Shown here: positions 62,285-64,000 of the stretch, piece after piece
Layout of the letters: every line of letters begins with the position of its first letter
Numbering within the stretch: the first letter of the stretch is position 1
DNA from: the human T2T-CHM13v2.0 reference genome, Homo sapiens
Assembly (NCBI RefSeq): GCF_009914755.1
Contig: NC_060932.1
Direction: 5' to 3' (one strand)
Length of the DNA: 64,000 nucleotides
Notes under the pieces: model-generated
Database searches by the model: none
What the model was told of the DNA's origin: nothing
What the model saw: only the letters and a program-made list of their open reading frames with translations
Translations under genes and position numbers: made by a program

Positions 62285-62450
62285 CATATTCTTGGGCAAG
62301 TTATTCAGTCTTTCACTGTGTAAGCATATTTTTCCTCTTCTATAAAATGGGAATAAAAATGATACTTGTCACCTAGGGTTGGAGATTTAATGAGTTAATA
62401 TGTATAAAATGTGTAACTTAGTACCTGAAAATAGTTAATAAAGATTTACT
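62285..62450 (+). mobile_element. MIR
   Basis: cttgggcaagttatt..ttcctcttctataaaatgggaataa..gatttaatgagttaatatgtataaa. Confidence 0.7.
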
Positions 62451-62682
62451 GACAAGGCATGGTGGCTCATACCTGTAATCCCAACCAACATATTGGGAGG
62501 CTGAAGTGGGAGGATCACTTGAGGCCAGGAGTTTGAGACCAGACTGGGCTACATAAGGAGACCCTGTCTCTACAAAACATTTTTTAAAAATTAGCTGGGC
62601 ATGGTGATGCACATCTGTAGTTCTACCTATTTGGGAGGCTGAGGTGGGATGGGTGACAAAGTGAGACCTTGCTCTAAAAAAT
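62451..62682 (+). mobile_element. AluJ with deletion of most of the right arm
   Basis: ggaggatcacttgaggccaggagtttgagacc; gaggctgaggtgggat joins directly to gggtgacaaagtgagacc. Confidence 0.92.
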
Positions 62683-62699
62683 ATAAGCTAATATTATAA

Positions 62700-63010
62700 T
62701 CACCATATGCACGTATTTATAACTAGCAGGTATATTATTTCCAAAAATGAGGTAAAACTATACATATTACTTTTTAATCTTTCTTCACCTAGTAATATGT
62801 TGAGGTCATGTTTCCATGTCAGTAAACAGGGACCTATGATATTCTTTTAAATTGCTGCATAATATTCTATTATTCAAATGTAGTCAAAATTTTTAAAATT
62901 CTGGTGTTTATTTGATTTCCCTAACTGGTATATATTTGCACGTTTCCTTATACTAAGTTCTTAAAGGTGGAACACGGGTCAAACAATATAATTATCTTTG
63001 AAAGTTAGTG
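62700..63010 (-). mobile_element. L1ME 3' remnant (also ~62120-62275)
   Basis: tttccatgtcagtaaa, attcttttaaattgctgcataatattctatt. Confidence 0.6.
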
Positions 63011-63043
63011 TTTTTAATGTAACAGCTAACAAAGCTTACTAAG

Positions 63044-64000
63044 AGGAGGAAGTGGAGCGATATGGCAGAATAGATGGCTCCACCAATGGTCTCCCCCAAA
63101 AGGACACCAATTTAACAACTATCTACACACAAAAAAGCACCTTAATAAGAACCAAAAAATCAGGTGAGAACACACAGTGCCTGGTTTTAACTTCGTATCA
63201 CTGACAGAGGCACTGAAAATGTAGGAAAAACAGTCTCAGGTTGCTAACACCACCCTTCCTCCTTCCTCCAGCAGTGGCAGCATGGTGCAGAGAGAGAATC
63301 CGAGTGCTTGGGAGAGAGAAAGGACAGCAATTGTGAAACATTGCATCGAACTCAGTGCTGCCCTGTTATAGCAGAAAGCAAAAGGGATGAACTCAGCTGA
63401 CACCTGTACACAGAGTATTTAGCCCAGCCCTAACCAGAGGGGAATTGCCCACCCCAGCAATTGAAACTTGAATTCCCACAAGCATCACTATTGTAGGCTA
63501 AAAGGCTTTTGGGCTCTAAATAAACTTGAAAAGCTGTCTAGGCCATAAGGACTGCAACTCCTAGGCAAGTCCTAGTGCTAAACTGGGCTTACAGCCAAGG
63601 GACTTGGGAGGGTGCGTGATCTACTGAGACACCAGTTGTGGTGGCTAGGGTAGTGCTGGCAGCACACTTCACCTAACCCCATGCAGCACAGCTTGCAGCT
63701 CCAAAAGAGACCCCTTCTTTCTGCTTGAGGAGAGGAGAGGGAAGAGTGGGGAGGACTTTGTCTTACAAAGACTTTGTCTTGCAAAGACAAAGATATGTAA
63801 ACTTTTAGACAGGATTCAAAATAACTGTTTTGAGGAAACTCAACTAAATTCAAGGTAGCATAGAGAAGGTATTCAGAATTCTATCAGATAAATTTAACAA
63901 ATAAATTAAAATAATTAAAAAGAATCAAGCAGAAATTCTGGAGCTGAAAAATGCAATTGACATACTGAAGAATGCATTAGAGTCTTAATAGCAGAATTAA
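63044..64000 (+). mobile_element. L1M1-type (L1MA1-3) 5' UTR and ORF1, runs off window, with internal deletion
   Basis: aatttaacaactatctacac..aaaaagcacctt..aagaaccaaaa..atcaggtgag 5' UTR; ORF1 gaatcaagcagaaattctggagctgaaaaatgcaattgac. Confidence 0.9.

Overview
This is AT-rich, CpG-depleted primate genomic DNA. AluY-type elements point to a catarrhine, and the sequence is compatible with human. It reads as intronic or intergenic. Much of it is recognisable transposon relic: 11 Alu copies or fragments, L1s of many ages (including a near full-length ~6.3 kb L1MA nested in an older L1, and a HAL1), L2, MIR, MaLR/ERVL/ERV1 LTRs and DNA transposons (MER5A, Charlie1, MER58B, MER81, MADE1). I recognise no protein-coding gene, tRNA, rRNA or CpG island. 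The supplied ORFs look like chance ORFs or decayed L1/Alu frames. Three kinds of signal deserve follow-up. (i) Splice and promoter signals in unique DNA: a kB/STAT/AP-1/TATA-rich candidate inducible first exon at ~59.3 kb, a + strand non-coding exon pair ending in a recursive-splice-like site at ~53 kb, and a frame-preserving 72-nt - strand exon at 43.9 kb. (ii) Several templated-insertion or template-switch scars, including a 59-bp copy of an already-mutated MER5A end pasted 1 kb away. (iii) Small-RNA-like structures: a MADE1/miR-548 hairpin, a tail-to-tail L2 hairpin and a C/D-box-like unit. Repeat subfamilies were assigned from remembered consensus sequences, and boundaries of old repeats are approximate. 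I cannot claim a new biological system from this sequence alone.
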